Shown piece by piece: positions 14,475-27,617 of a stretch of 64,000 nucleotides of DNA. The DNA is taken from assembly GCF_009914755.1 (NCBI RefSeq), contig NC_060926.1. One strand, 5' to 3'. The DNA is from the human T2T-CHM13v2.0 reference genome, Homo sapiens. A program made the translations under genes and the position numbers. How positions within the stretch are numbered: the first letter of the stretch is position 1; each line of letters begins with the position of its first letter. A model generated the notes under the pieces. It had not been told where the DNA came from and did no database searches. It saw nothing but the letters and a program-made list of their open reading frames with translations.

Positions 14475-14799
14475 ATGGTGTCTAAGCCAGGCCAGTGAGC
14501 TTCTGTTCTGGACCTTTGGTGGAACATTGAGAGAAGTCCTCTTCCTGCTGGGATAGCTGAGAATGTGAGATGTCAACTGGGAGTGCTGGGAGCCTTCTGG
14601 ACCCTACGAGGTAAGGAAGGGCCCACCTGGGGACAGAGGGAGCGTGAAACAGAGCCAGGCCGAGTCCTGAGGACAGCATCTCAGCCTCTAGGTCCTGCTG
14701 GGTCGGAAGTACCGACATCTCTCAGTTATGGGAATCAGGAAACCACTCTTTTGCTGAGCCCGTGTGAGCTGAATTTCTGACACATAGAACTGAAAAGTT

Positions 14800-14985
14800 T
14801 CTGCCGTGGGGATTAACGCCAGAGTTGCTTCGTGCTGGGTATTTAACCTCTTGGAGCCTCAGTTTTCTCATCCATAAAATGAGAACAATATTATCCACCT
14901 CACACGGCTGCTGGAAGGATGAAATGTGATTCTTATATAAAGTGCTGGCAAATGGTAGGCCCACAATAAATGTGAGCTCCCTTCC
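14800..14985 (+). mobile_element. MIR
   Basis: TTTAACCTCTTGGAGCCTCAGTTTTCTCATCCATAAAATGAG core. Confidence 0.7.
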
Positions 14986-16089
14986 CCCGGTTCCAAATTT
15001 AAAACTGAAATCTGGATCTAAGAGACACAACATGTGGCGAGAATTAAGAAAAAGATATAAAAGCATAGCAAGATGACCCTTGCCTCAGGTAACAGAATAT
15101 AAGTAGGCACAAAAAGTTCACTCAGTAAGAACCAGAAAATTCAGACCCCAGTTAGAAAATTAGCAAGTATTTTGAGCTATCTTGAAACTCCCACGACTTA
15201 AATATATAAGTAGAATGCATTTACCCTATAAAGTTCACAAGTCTTTTAAACAGACTTCCGTGAACTTTGCCTGCAGTGTGGGAGATTGCAGAGGGGATGG
15301 TTGGAGAAGGGAGCGGAGGACAGAAGACCCCCCGTCTCCGGTCTTAGTTCAACTGATTTCATTTCGGTCCTTTTCATTCAGGGTCTTTATCAGCTAGTGT
15401 TCATGTTGTTTTATTGTTCTCGTTCCTATTTTAGTAATTTTTCTCCATCCAATAGCATTTTCCTTTCTATCTCTCTGGAGATCTACACAGATCTGAGGAC
15501 AGAATTGATCAACTCTGGTTAATAAAATACCAATCTTGAATGCAATATTTTGAGTCAGGAAAACTTTGAACTGGCCCTAACTGAAGATTTATGTTCCAGT
15601 CATCTATGAAGGAAATTGCAAAGCAAATCAATGAAGACCTAAAATGTTGCTTCAGTTGTAGTTGTCCTAGATCAGCGATCAATCACACCATCAATTGTCA
15701 GTGATTTATTGAGCACTTATTTATCCCATCACTATCCTGGGAGATGCAATGAAACAAAGGTGGTATAAGGTGCTTAAAATCTAGATGGGAAGGAAGATGA
15801 ATTGTCACAAAATAGAAAACATATCAGTACTTAAAGTAGAAGTTAATGTAGCCAATTGCCGTATGCAAAGATTCATGGAAGAGGAAAGTCGATACTCAAA
15901 CTGGTCCTTAAAGAGTGTACACAAATTGGAAAAGCCCAGAGAAAAATGAATGGGTATCAGGAGTTGGATATGAGAAGCCGAAGCCTGAGGTCTGCAGAAA
16001 CCTGGAATATGTGGCGGCCAGTGGGGAGTCCATCCTGACCATGATGAATGAATCAGTCATGAGAAAGAGTGAACCAGGCCAGCCATGGC

Positions 16090-16590
16090 CTGCCCCCGAT
16101 GGTGTCCTGTGACGGCCTGTAATGGGAGGCCTAGGGCAGCTGGGCTCCGCTGGTGCAACAGCTCAGCCGTCCCATCGAGAGCCGCAGGTCCGGTCATCTT
16201 CCATCCCATCATCTGCCAGCATGGTGGCTTCTAATCCACAGATTTGTCACCTCAGGCCACAGGACGGCCAGTGCAGCTCCAGAAACAACCACTCAACCAC
16301 ATCCAATTGCAGGAAGCAAGGGAGTGGCAGATGCTAAGACAGGAAATAGGTGTCTCTCTTTTGATTGAGGGGGTATCAGAACCCCCCCTTACCAGAAGGC
16401 CTCCCCTCATTGGCCAGAAATGGGGGCCCTGCCCACCCCTACCTGCAAAGAAGGCTGAAAAAGTGTGTATCTGGCATTTTTAGCCTTAACTGTGGGAATT
16501 CACACTCTGTCAGTAGGAAGAAAAGGATTGGAGCTGGGGAAGACTATTGGATAGGCCAACCAGAGCATCTGCTCAGAGGGTTCAGGGGGA
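16090..16590 (-). mobile_element. old MLT1 (K/L-like) LTR remnant
   Basis: CTCATTGGCCAGAA..TGCCCACCCCTACCTGCAAAGAAGGCTGAAAAAGTG..TATCTGGCATTTT. Confidence 0.5.
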
Positions 16591-16701
16591 AATAAGCAGG
16601 GTTTGAAGAGGGAGTCAGGTCTTGCAATGCCTTGAAAGCCAGACTAGATGTTCAGCAGTAGGACAGTCACTCTCAAACTCAGTTTATAATATAAGAATAT
16701 A

Positions 16702-17020
<319 letters not shown>

Positions 17021-17741
17021 TCATCTGAGAAAGTTGATTAAAATGCACATGCTTGGGCCCTTGCCACAAAGATTCTGATTCAGTAGGGAAGGAGTGGGGT
17101 CTGGGTATCTACCTGCTTAAGTAGCACCCAGGTGACTCTGAAGCAGGTGGCCTGGCAATGTCACTGTGACAGTTGCTGCACTAAGGAGGCATTGCAAGGT
17201 CTCCATCATGAAGAATCCAGAAGCCAGTGGACGACAAGAGGCAACCCTAACTAGAGGCAGAGGAAGCCAACCAGAGGCTCCTGCAGCTGTCCAGGTGAGA
17301 TGTGCTGAGGCCCAAAGTAGGGTGACCACAGGGGATGCAAAGGGAGCTTCTAAATCTTTGGAGAAGGGATAGGACTAATGGCAGCTTAGATGGGGAAAAG
17401 GAAAATGATCGAGACAAACAGAGGATTCCTAGGTTTCTAATCTAAAAAAAGGAAAGGAAAATAGAATAGAGCTTTCCCTGGCAGTGACCAGGGGGCTGAG
17501 TGTCAGGGTTCCTTGTTTGCTCCAAGGAACAGATTCACAGGGAGAGACAGATTCTGTTAGCACTATCCAGCAGTCTCAAGGAACACTGCTATTCACTGCC
17601 TCAAATGTCAAGCAGGGAGGGGCATAACATTTGAAGTGGTCCAAAAAAGTGAAAGTGCAACCTCCCCAAACCTAACGTAAAACAGACTTCACTCAGACTC
17701 TCTGCAGGTCAAGCCTCCTCATGGTAACCATCATTATCATA

Positions 17742-18051
<310 letters not shown>

Positions 18052-19639
18052 TTATTATAACAATCACTTATTAGGCATCTGCATCAACCATGCTTTGTCA
18101 TTTAATGGCCCCTATCAGACAGCCGTTCTTATTCCCATTTTGCAGATAAGAAAACTGAGGATTAGAAGACTAAATTCATTGGCTTATGTTCAGAGCTAGT
18201 GCAGGCAGAGTTATATCTAAACTACTGTTTAATTCTAAAACATTCCATGTTTAAAGTCGGCCCTGAAGCAGGCTGCTTTACAACTTCTCTTCACAGTCTC
18301 CTGTGATGGCTCCCAAGGTAACTAAATCAGAAGTCGTTATGTGGATTGAAGAAAACAGTGCCATCTTTCTTTATTAGAAACTATGGTTTTTCCCTTCCTA
18401 ATAGCATTTCCCCCCTCCGTTATACAGAATCTTTTAAAAACCAATGGGATTGGAGACAGATTTTCCCAGTGAAGATCTTTCTCTTGATTCTAAATGGTTA
18501 GATCTGTGTAAAGGGCCAAATTCTGCTGAAGGCCCACATACTCACTTAAAAAATAGATATGGTGGATGACTGAAATGGGTGGCTGGTTGACTGTAATAGT
18601 TTATGGATAAGCAAAAAAGAGATGCAGGTAAAATGTTCAAGACTGAAACAAAATGCTTGCCAGCTTGGAAAACTAGCTTGTGACAAGACTAAAGCACAAA
18701 AAGAGAAATCCTCAGGGACAGAGACTGATTATGACCTTCAGCCTTTGGGTACCTGGCTCTGCTCCCGCAGAGCTTCCACAGCTGACTACCTTGTTGGCAC
18801 CTTGGAGGTGGGCAGGCAGGCAGCCTCCAGCATGGGCTCTGCCTGCCATCCACCTTCCTCAACAGGTGCTTTCTTACCTAGCGCTTCCTTAATTACAGAA
18901 CAGAGGATAAGGGAGCCAGTGATTCATAATTTCGTTGCTGACTTAAATTTTCATAAGGTAAGGGGAAAAAATAACATAGCTAGAGGAGGGAAAGGTATTT
19001 ATAGAACTTCATAGTGATTCAGAGATATTAATAACACCTGGGACTCATCAAGTGCCATTGCCACAAAATGCTTTAATAAACAAAATAACTCAAGCTCACC
19101 ATGTGCATGGAGAGAGAAAGCACAGCATTTGTCAGTCACCCACCCTCAGTTCCCAGAGTCACACTGTGATGTGCTCACCTCTATGGAGCAAACCTCTACA
19201 GCAGGCACATTCTGAGTATAGAACATTTGATCATTGCAAACCCCTCCAACAGTTAGTGTTTTTACCCGCCTGTTAAAGATAACAAATGGGGGTAAGAATA
19301 TGAAGAAACTCATCTAAGGTCAATCAGCTGCTAAGTGGAGGATCTGATTCCCACCGAGGCCTGGCAGACCCAGAACCCCAGCTGGTGCACTTTGCTATCT
19401 AAAAGTCTCCGAAAGATTGAAGCATGAGCACAGGACACAGCAGGGACGAGAACAGGAGACTCTCACTTCCGGGGCTCCCATGCTCTGATGTAACACGAAA
19501 TGTGGCAGAGAGAGACCTAAAAGGAGGGGTAAAAATCAGGGCTCTGGTCAGTATTCTGACACCCATCGCTTGAGTGATCTTGACTGGGCAAAACAGAAGA
19601 GGTTGCTAAGCCTCCACATTCCCATCTGTAAAATGAGGG

Positions 19640-22600
19640 GGCCACTGGAGTCTTCCAGTCAGTCCATGATGCAATGTTGGGTATCAGACTTACAGTCTCG
19701 CCATAAACAACTACAAAACTGAGAGAAAAATGGAAGCAACTCTTTTCAGCCATTGTACAACAGATAGTGTGGGGCTGTGGCCCTTGAAAGAAGAACACAT
19801 GGAATGATGTCACATTTATGCCAGATTCCTGCCTGAGAGCATATTCTAAATTGTGACATGAAAGTGGAACCGAACTAGACAGCAGCATTCTGCCTGAGTG
19901 GAGAAAAAATATTAGTTCAGTGCTGATGAGGCAGCTGGAAATTGAGAGAGAGGATACCAAAGAAGAGGAAGGATGCAAGAAACCTGTTATCCAGAAATTT
20001 GTATAATGACGTCTTGAGTCTACGGACAAATACTAAACTACACGTGTAAACATGAAATTCCACAAGGCCTGAGACAGAACAACTTCTGGGAACTGAGAAA
20101 TGCATGGAGATTCCAGAGAAGGCATAGTGCTTGGAAACTTTGGAGGTCTGATCAGCCCGAGGGAAGAAACCCTGCTACAGATGGAAGAATTCTAGGTATT
20201 CAGTTAAGATTGCAGAAAAGCTATGCTCCAAAGTAGGGGCTACTGCAGCCTGAGCTACCAAAGCCTAAAACCAACCTGTTTTGCCAGTAAATTAACTTCC
20301 TGCCAAAATAAGACTCAACATTCTTTCAAGGAAAAAAATTTAATTTAGGCCCTCAACAATATTGCATTCACAATGTAGAGCACACAATAGAAATTCACTA
20401 CAAAAATAAAGAAGTAGGAAATATGATCTAATACTGGAGAAAACAATTGATAGAAACAGATACTGAGATGACACAGATAATGGAATTAACAGACAAGAAA
20501 TCTTAAAGGGCTGTTACCTATTTATTCAAGGATTTATAAAGAAAATGTGGATATAAGAAACAGAACTCTCAACAGATAAGTTAATATTTTCATTGTATGT
20601 AATTATAGTCTCAGAAGGAAAGGCAAGAGATTTTACAGCAAAACGTATTGAAAATATACTGACAGAATTTTTTCCAGATTTGATGGAATATGTCAAACTA
20701 ACAAGTTCAGATTCAACGGATTCAACAAATCCTGAGTATTATAAACAAAAAAAGACTACATCTTGGGATATCTCAGTAAAACGTCTGAACACCAAAGACA
20801 GAGAAAATTTTTAAATCAGTCAGAGAAATGAGACAAAATGTATAGAGGAGAACAATAAGAGTAACTGAAATTGGAAAGACTTATTTAAAGTGCTAAAGAA
20901 AAAAAAAGCAATCTAGAATTCTTCCAGCAAATATAACTTTAAGAAATAAAGTGAAAGAGATTTTCAAACTAAACAGAAGCTGAAAAAATTTGTTGATATA
21001 CTGTACTACCAGAAATGTTGAAGAAAATTCATTTGACTTAAGAGAAATGAAAAAAAAATAAAAATATACAATGCGGTTGGTAGAATGTTTAGAATTAAAA
21101 TGTAGGAAAAATAGCACAAAGATGGGAAGGATAAAAATGGAAGAATATTATTATTGAATTTTTACATTTTACAGGAAGTATAATGCTAAGTAAAGATTGA
21201 CTGGGATAAGTTAAGGATATATACTTTAATCTCTAGTGAAACCACTATAAAACCCAAAGTCAACCCAAAGAGTAGATATAATGAAATACTAAAATTTATT
21301 CAATTAATTCAAAAGAAGGGAGGAAAGGGGGTGGAACAACCAAAGAATGGATGGGATAAATAGAAAACAAGTAGGAAAGTTGGTTAAACGTTTCAATTAA
21401 AAAGTGGAGCTTGTCAGACTGGATAAAAAGAAGAGATTGGATCATATGCTATTTACTAGACACACACTTTAAAACCAAAGGTACAGAGGAATTAAAAGTA
21501 AAAGATAGAGAAAAATATATCTTTTAATCACCAATTATAAGAAAACATGAGTAGTTATTAATATAATGTGGGGAAAAGAAAGAAAGATCAGATTGTTACT
21601 GTGTCTGTGTAGAAAGAAGTAGACATAAGAGATGCCATTTTGTTCTGTACTAAGAAAAATTCTTCTGCCTTGAGATGCTGTTAATCTGTAACCCTACCCC
21701 CAACCCTGTGCTCCCAGAAACATATGCTGTGTCGACTCAAGGTTTAGTGGATTTAGGGCTACGCAGGATGTGCTTTGTTAAACACATGCTTGAAGGCAGC
21801 ATGCTTATTAAGAGTCATCACCACTCCCTAATCTCAATTACCCAGGGACACAAAACACTGTGGAAGGCCGCAGGGACCTCTGCCTAGGAAAGCCAGGTAT
21901 TGTCCAGGGTTTCTCCCCATGTGACAGTCTGAAATATGGCCTAGTGGGAAGGGAAAGACCTGACCGTCCCCCAGCCCAACACCCGTAAAGGGTCTGTGCT
22001 GAGGAGGATTAGTAAAAGAGGAAGGCATGCCTCTTGCAGTTGAGATAAGAGGAAGGCATCTGTCTCCTGCTTATCCCTGGGCAATGGAATGTCCCGGTGT
22101 AAAACCCAATTGTATATTCCATCTACTGAGATAGGAGAAAACTGGCTTAGGGCTGAAGGTGAGACATGCTGGTGGCAATACTGCTCTTTAATGCACCGAG
22201 ATGTTTATGTATGTGCACATCAAAGCACAGCACCTTTTTCTTAACCTTGTTTATGACACAGAGACATTTGTTCACCTGTTTTCCTGCTTACCCTCTCCCC
22301 ACTATTACCCTATCGTCCTGCCACATCCCCCTTTCCAAGATGGTAGAGATAATGATCAATAAATACTGAGGGAACTCAGAGACCAGTGCTGGCGCGGGTC
22401 CTCCGTATGCTGAGTGCCAGTCCCCTGGGTCCACTTTTCTTTCTCTATACTTTGTCTCTGTGTCTCTTTCTTTTCTCAGTCTCTCGTCCCACCCGACAAG
22501 AAACACCTACAGCTGTGGAGGGGCAGGCCACCCCTTCAATTTAAGTCACTTATAAGTCAATATAATATGTCAAGGCAAACTTCAAAACCTATTGCTAGAG

Positions 22601-23850
22601 ATAAAGAGATAAAATGAAAAAAAGGTCAATTCATCAAGACATAAAAATCCTATTTGTGTATACTCTTAATAAAAGAGCATCAGAATACCTTCAGAAAAAA
22701 ATGGACAGCACTAAAGAGAGAAATAGACAAATTCAAAATCATAGTTATATATGTTTATACTCATCTGTGAATAATTAATAGAAAAAAGACAAAAAATTTA
22801 AATAACAATGTCAACATTTAATTGGCATTTATAGAACACAATGTCTGACTCCATACACATTCATTTCAGGCACACATGAAGCATTCACTAAGATGGATGA
22901 TATATGGGGCCATTTAAAAAAGTCTTGATACATTTTAAAGTGTTGAAATCATAAGGATCATCTTCCTTGACTACAACAGAATGAAATTGAAGAGTAATAT
23001 TAAAATAATGTCCTAAATCTCCAAATATTTGGAAGTGAAGCTACATATTTCTAAATATTCTATATGTCAAAGAAGAAGTCACAAGGGAAATTAGAAATAT
23101 TTTAAAATAAATAATAAAATATTAAATATTAAAATTTGTGGCATGCAGCTAAAGGAATGCTTAGAGGGAAATATATAATATTAAATAATTACATGAGAAA
23201 AAAGGATTTAAAACTGACAGTATAAGATGCTACATCAAGAAGTTGGGGGAAAAAAAGATTTAACAGAAAAAATTAGAAAAAATTAATAAAAATAGGAAAA
23301 GAACATAATGAAAGGAAAAACAATAGGAAAATCAATAACATAAAAAGTTGTTTTTTTAAAAAATATTAATAATATTGGTAACTCCATAACAAGACTCATT
23401 TTAAAAGAGAGAGAGAAAAATTGCCAATCTCAGGAATTTAAGAGGAGCCATCACTATAAGCCCTACAGGCATTAAAAAAATAGAGGAAATTTATACCAAA
23501 AATTCAATATAAACATATTGATATTTTAAATATATAAAATTAATCAATTCCTTGAAAGACATACAATTAAACTGAACTAAAAAGAAATAGAAGAATCGAA
23601 TTTCCCCTTATTTTCTAAAGACATTGAACTTGTAACTAAAAGCTTTCCTTCAAAGAAAACTCCACACTCACATGGCTTCATGGTTCAATTATACCAAGAA
23701 TCTAAGGATGAAATAACACACATGATTTACATGTATAAATAAGATTTTACACAAAGTTTTTTTAGAAAATAAAAGGGTAAATATTCTCTAACTCAATTTA
23801 CCTGGATACCAAAGTCATATAAGTATACTACAAAAAAGGAAAATATTAGA
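19640..23850 (+). mobile_element. old L1M element (5'UTR, ORF1, 5' part of ORF2), decayed and split by the LTR5 insertion
   Basis: A-rich sense strand; ORF1-like remnant in ORF 20593..20814; endonuclease-region remnants at 21400-23100; many stops and frameshifts. Confidence 0.8.
21567..22538 (+). mobile_element. HERV-K(HML-2) solo LTR, LTR5A/LTR5B type
   Basis: 972 bp from TGTGGGGAAAAG to CCACCCCTTCA; 6-bp TSD ATATAA (21561-66) / ATTTAA (22539-44); AATAAA at 22358-22363. Confidence 0.95.
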
Positions 23851-23904
23851 CAGAAGATACCAAAGCAAGTTTCAGAGCAGGAGTAGAAGTTTACAAGAAA
23901 GTAA

Positions 23905-25712
23905 ACTTGTATCTCCCTTTCAGTCAAACTCCCATCTATTCTGCCCACAAAAAGCATCAAGGCTGTAGACTAAATATGTCTCCCCCAACATTTATGTATT
24001 AAAACCTAATTCCCAATGTGATGGAGGAGGTGAGGCCTTTGGGAGGTGATAAAGTCATGAGGTTCTTCATCCCTTCCTCCATGTGAGGACACAGGGAGAA
24101 GGTGCCAGCTATGCACCAGGAAGCAGGATCTCGTCAGACACAGAATCTGCCAGCACTTTGATTTTGGACTTCCCAGCCTCTACAACTATGAGAAATAAGT
24201 TTCTGTTTGTAAGCCAACCAGTGTGTGGCATTCTGTTATATAACAATCATAACAGACTAAGACAATCACTGATTGACAATCACCATAGATTTGTTGTGCC
24301 TGTTCTAGAACTTCATATAAATGAAATCACATAGAATATACTCTTTTGTATCTCGCTTCTTTTGTTCACCATAATGCTTTGAGATTTATGCATTTTATTG
24401 AGTCTATTTGTAGCTTATTCCTTTTATCACTGAGTACTATTGCTTTGTATGAATATTGTAGATATCATTCATTCATTTGATGGACATTTCAATTGTTTCT
24501 AGTTTTTGACTATAATGGATAAAACTGGTATGAACATTCTGTGCTTGTCTTTTTTTGTGTGTGGACATATGTTTTTTATTTCTCTTGTTATAATACCTAG
24601 AAATGGCATTTGCTGGAGCATAAGAGAAATATATGTTTAACTTTTATAAGAAACTGTCAAAGAGTTTCCCAAAGTAGTTCAATCATCTTACACTCCCATC
24701 AGTCATGAATGAAAGTCCCAGTTGCTCTGCCTTCTTTCCAGTCACCAGTGTTGTAAGACTTGGTAATTATAGCCATTATAGTGGGTAAGTAGTGGTATGT
24801 CACTATGGTTTAATTTGCACTTCCCTGATGACTAAAGATGTTGAACAGTTTTCACATGTTTATTGACCATCTGTATATCTTTCTTTGTAAAGTATCTGTT
24901 CAAGACTTTTGCTTCTTTTAAAAAAATGGAGTTTGTTTTTTTAATATTGAGTCATAGGAGTTCTTTATATATACTAGAAACAGTACTTTTGTCAGATATA
25001 TGGATTGGGACTATTTTTTCCAGTCTATGGTGCTTTTTTTGGAGCAGAAGTTTTTTGTTTTGATGACGTTCAATTTCAACATATCTTTGCCTACCCCCAG
25101 GTCGTGATATTTTTCTATGCTTTATTCTAGAAGTCTTATAGTTTTATCACTTATATTCAGATCTGCAATCCACTTTTAATAGGTTTTGTATATGATGTGT
25201 AGTAGGGATCCAGCTTATCCCCACCACATAAATGTTCAGTTTTAGCACCATTTAATAAAAAACTTCCTTTCCCTATTACATTGCTTTTCTGTTGTTAAAA
25301 ATCAGTTGACCATACATGCGTTTGTCTATATCTGGATTATATTTTGCTTCATTTGTCTATTTGTCAATTTATATGTTACTATCATACCATTTCAATTCTG
25401 TAGCTTTATAGTAAGTCTTCAAATCAAGTAGTATATACCCTCCAACTTATTTTTAAAATTGTTCTCCCTATTTTAGGTCCTTTTGATTTCCATATGAATT
25501 ATAGACTTGGTTCATCAATTTCTACCAAACAAAAACAAAACCAAAAAATTGCTGGGTTAGGGAGAAATGACATCTCAATAATCTTGAACTTTCCAATCCA
25601 TGAACATATTATCTCCATTTATTTAGATATTCTTTAATTTCTCTCAGTAATGTTTTGAGGCTTTCAGTGTGGAGCTCTTGTGCATCTTTTGTTAAATTTA
25701 TGCCAAAGTATT
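23905..25712 (-). mobile_element. old L1M (L1MB/MC-like) 3' ORF2 + 3'UTR, antisense, interrupted by MLT1A0
   Basis: TTCTAGAACTTCATATAAATGAAATCA..; GATGGACATTT; TTCCCTGATGACTAAAGATGTTGAACA; TCCAATCCATGAACAT. Confidence 0.8.
23961..24264 (+). mobile_element. MLT1A0-type MaLR LTR
   Basis: GCCTTTGGGAGGTGAT...GAATCTGCCAGCACTTTGATTTTGGACTTCCCAGCCTC...GACTAAGACA. Confidence 0.8.
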
Positions 25713-25717
25713 TGGGT

Positions 25718-25960
25718 GATGGACTTTGGGGACTCAGGGGCAAAGGGTGGAAAGGGGGTTAGAGATAAAAGACTACAAATGGGGTTCAATGTACACTGCT
25801 CAGGTGATGGGTGCACCAAAATCTCAAAAATTACCACTAAAGAACTTACTCATGTAACCAAATGTCACCCGTTCCCCCCAAAACCTATGGAAAATAAAAA
25901 ATAAGTAAAATAAAATTTTGAATACATCGAAAAAAAGAGAAAAAAATTAAAAAAAAATAA
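25718..25960 (+). mobile_element. L1PB-type 3' end fragment
   Basis: ATGGACTTTGGGGACTCAGGGG...GGTGATGGGTGCACCAAAATCTCA...AAAGAACTTACTCATGTAACCAAA followed by an A-rich tail. Confidence 0.85.
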
Positions 25961-27049
25961 AGTCACTAAATGCTGGAAAGCTTGAGTCTTGAGAGTTATT
26001 TAGGAGAAGATCTATACCCAGGCAGCCATCCACGAAGCCTGCTGATCTCAAAGGCTGGGAGGCAAAGTCTGTTGAAGCTGAGATTTGCTCCCCAAGAATA
26101 TTACAAAGTAGGCCTCTGCTGGAACAGCAGGGAGGGTGGTCAGCTGCAAAAGAAAGAAGGACAGGGCTGAGAGGAGCTCAAGAGGGAACAAGGTCCAGAG
26201 TTCAGGCAGTAGGTAGTGTGTGAGAAGAGGCTCAGCATTCTGGGTAAGGAGTGGATTCCAGCAAGAAAGCCTGACCTGTCAAACAGACTACATCCTCCCC
26301 AGGTAATTTTAACAAAATACACAGTCCGCACATCCAGGAGAGACAAAGGAACAGAATGTAGCAGTAAGAATGGAGATCTTTCAAATATGATTTATTCACC
26401 TCTAATGCACAGAGCAGCCCAAATGCAGGTGAAGTGGCTAAGAGCTGAAACCACTGATGAAGAATTTATTGGAGTGGTTTGCAAGACAGGCCCAGGATGT
26501 GCAAACCCATTTATTTTCCAATTTGTAAATCAAAATGTTCTGAGTCAGGTAGGAGAGTTAAGTCTGATGCTAAGAACTGCATGGTATAAATCAAAACAAA
26601 ATTTACTATCAGGAGTTTAGAGATTCAAGTGTGAACTCAGTTTATCTCCTGTTTCCTCCAATAGCAAGGCGCTTGCTCTTGTGGCTCCCGGCCTCCAGTG
26701 TTACTCTCTCTGTTTCCCTGTGGATGGCCACTGTGGTGCTTCACACATCCCTACCCAGACCCAGTAGGGTCTCTGAGCTCTGAGCTCAAGGATGTGTTTT
26801 GAGGGTGCAAATGTCTTAGCTTCTGTTCTGGGCTTAGAGCTAGTTACAGGCTACAAGGTGTTGTCATTACAGACCCCAAGGAGGCTCAGTCTGTGGGATC
26901 CTTCCACCTGGATAGGCCTTTTCGGGCTGCACTTGCTCAGATGAAAGCCACTGACCCCCCTCCTTATGCCTGTAAGCTTGATAGTGTTAATGGCAAAGAG
27001 GGGAGAGGGTAAAGGTTGGCATAACGACTACAGCAAAATGATAATGACA

Positions 27050-27200
27050 ACAAACTAACAATAGCATTTATCAAGCGCTCACTATGTGCCACGCACTCTT
27101 CTAAGCACTTTAGTTGTATTGACTCATTTCATCTTCATACCAACTCATTGTGATAGATACTGTTCTATTTTTTACAGATGATGAAACTGAGGCACAGAGA
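27050..27200 (-). mobile_element. MIR
   Basis: TTTACAGATGATGAAACTGAGGCACAGAGA core. Confidence 0.75.
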
Positions 27201-27537
27201 GAGGGAGTCCTCTCTTAATTCTTGAATCCCCTTCAAAACCTGGGTCTTTGGGGCCTCCTTCTCTTTCATCAGACTGCAGTCTAGAGCCATCAGGCAATCT
27301 CTGTGCCAGGTCTAGAGGGGAGGTGGACCAGGTTCAATGGAGTGTCTTGTAAATAACTGGGTGTCTGTCCCTGCCAGAACTGAGGGTTGCTTTCATTTTT
27401 AGCTGCAACTACCATTAAAGAGCTATTTGCCTCTGGGATCCCTTTTGGTTCCATACCCTCCAATAATTAAAGTAGGTCATCCCTGTGACCAGGCATGATG
27501 GGGGCCGGGGGCAAGGATGTAGGGATGTTACATTGGT

Positions 27538-27562
27538 TTCTCTCTCTCTCTTTCTCTGTCTC

Positions 27563-27617
<55 letters not shown>
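27538..27617. repeat. compound microsatellite (TC)n(AC)n
   Basis: Directly visible. Confidence 0.95.

Noticed and set aside
19640-25712. Twin-priming inversion as the explanation for the opposed L1 halves
   Set aside because: In twin priming the inverted part lies 5' of the poly(A)-bearing part. Here the 3'UTR end faces the junction.
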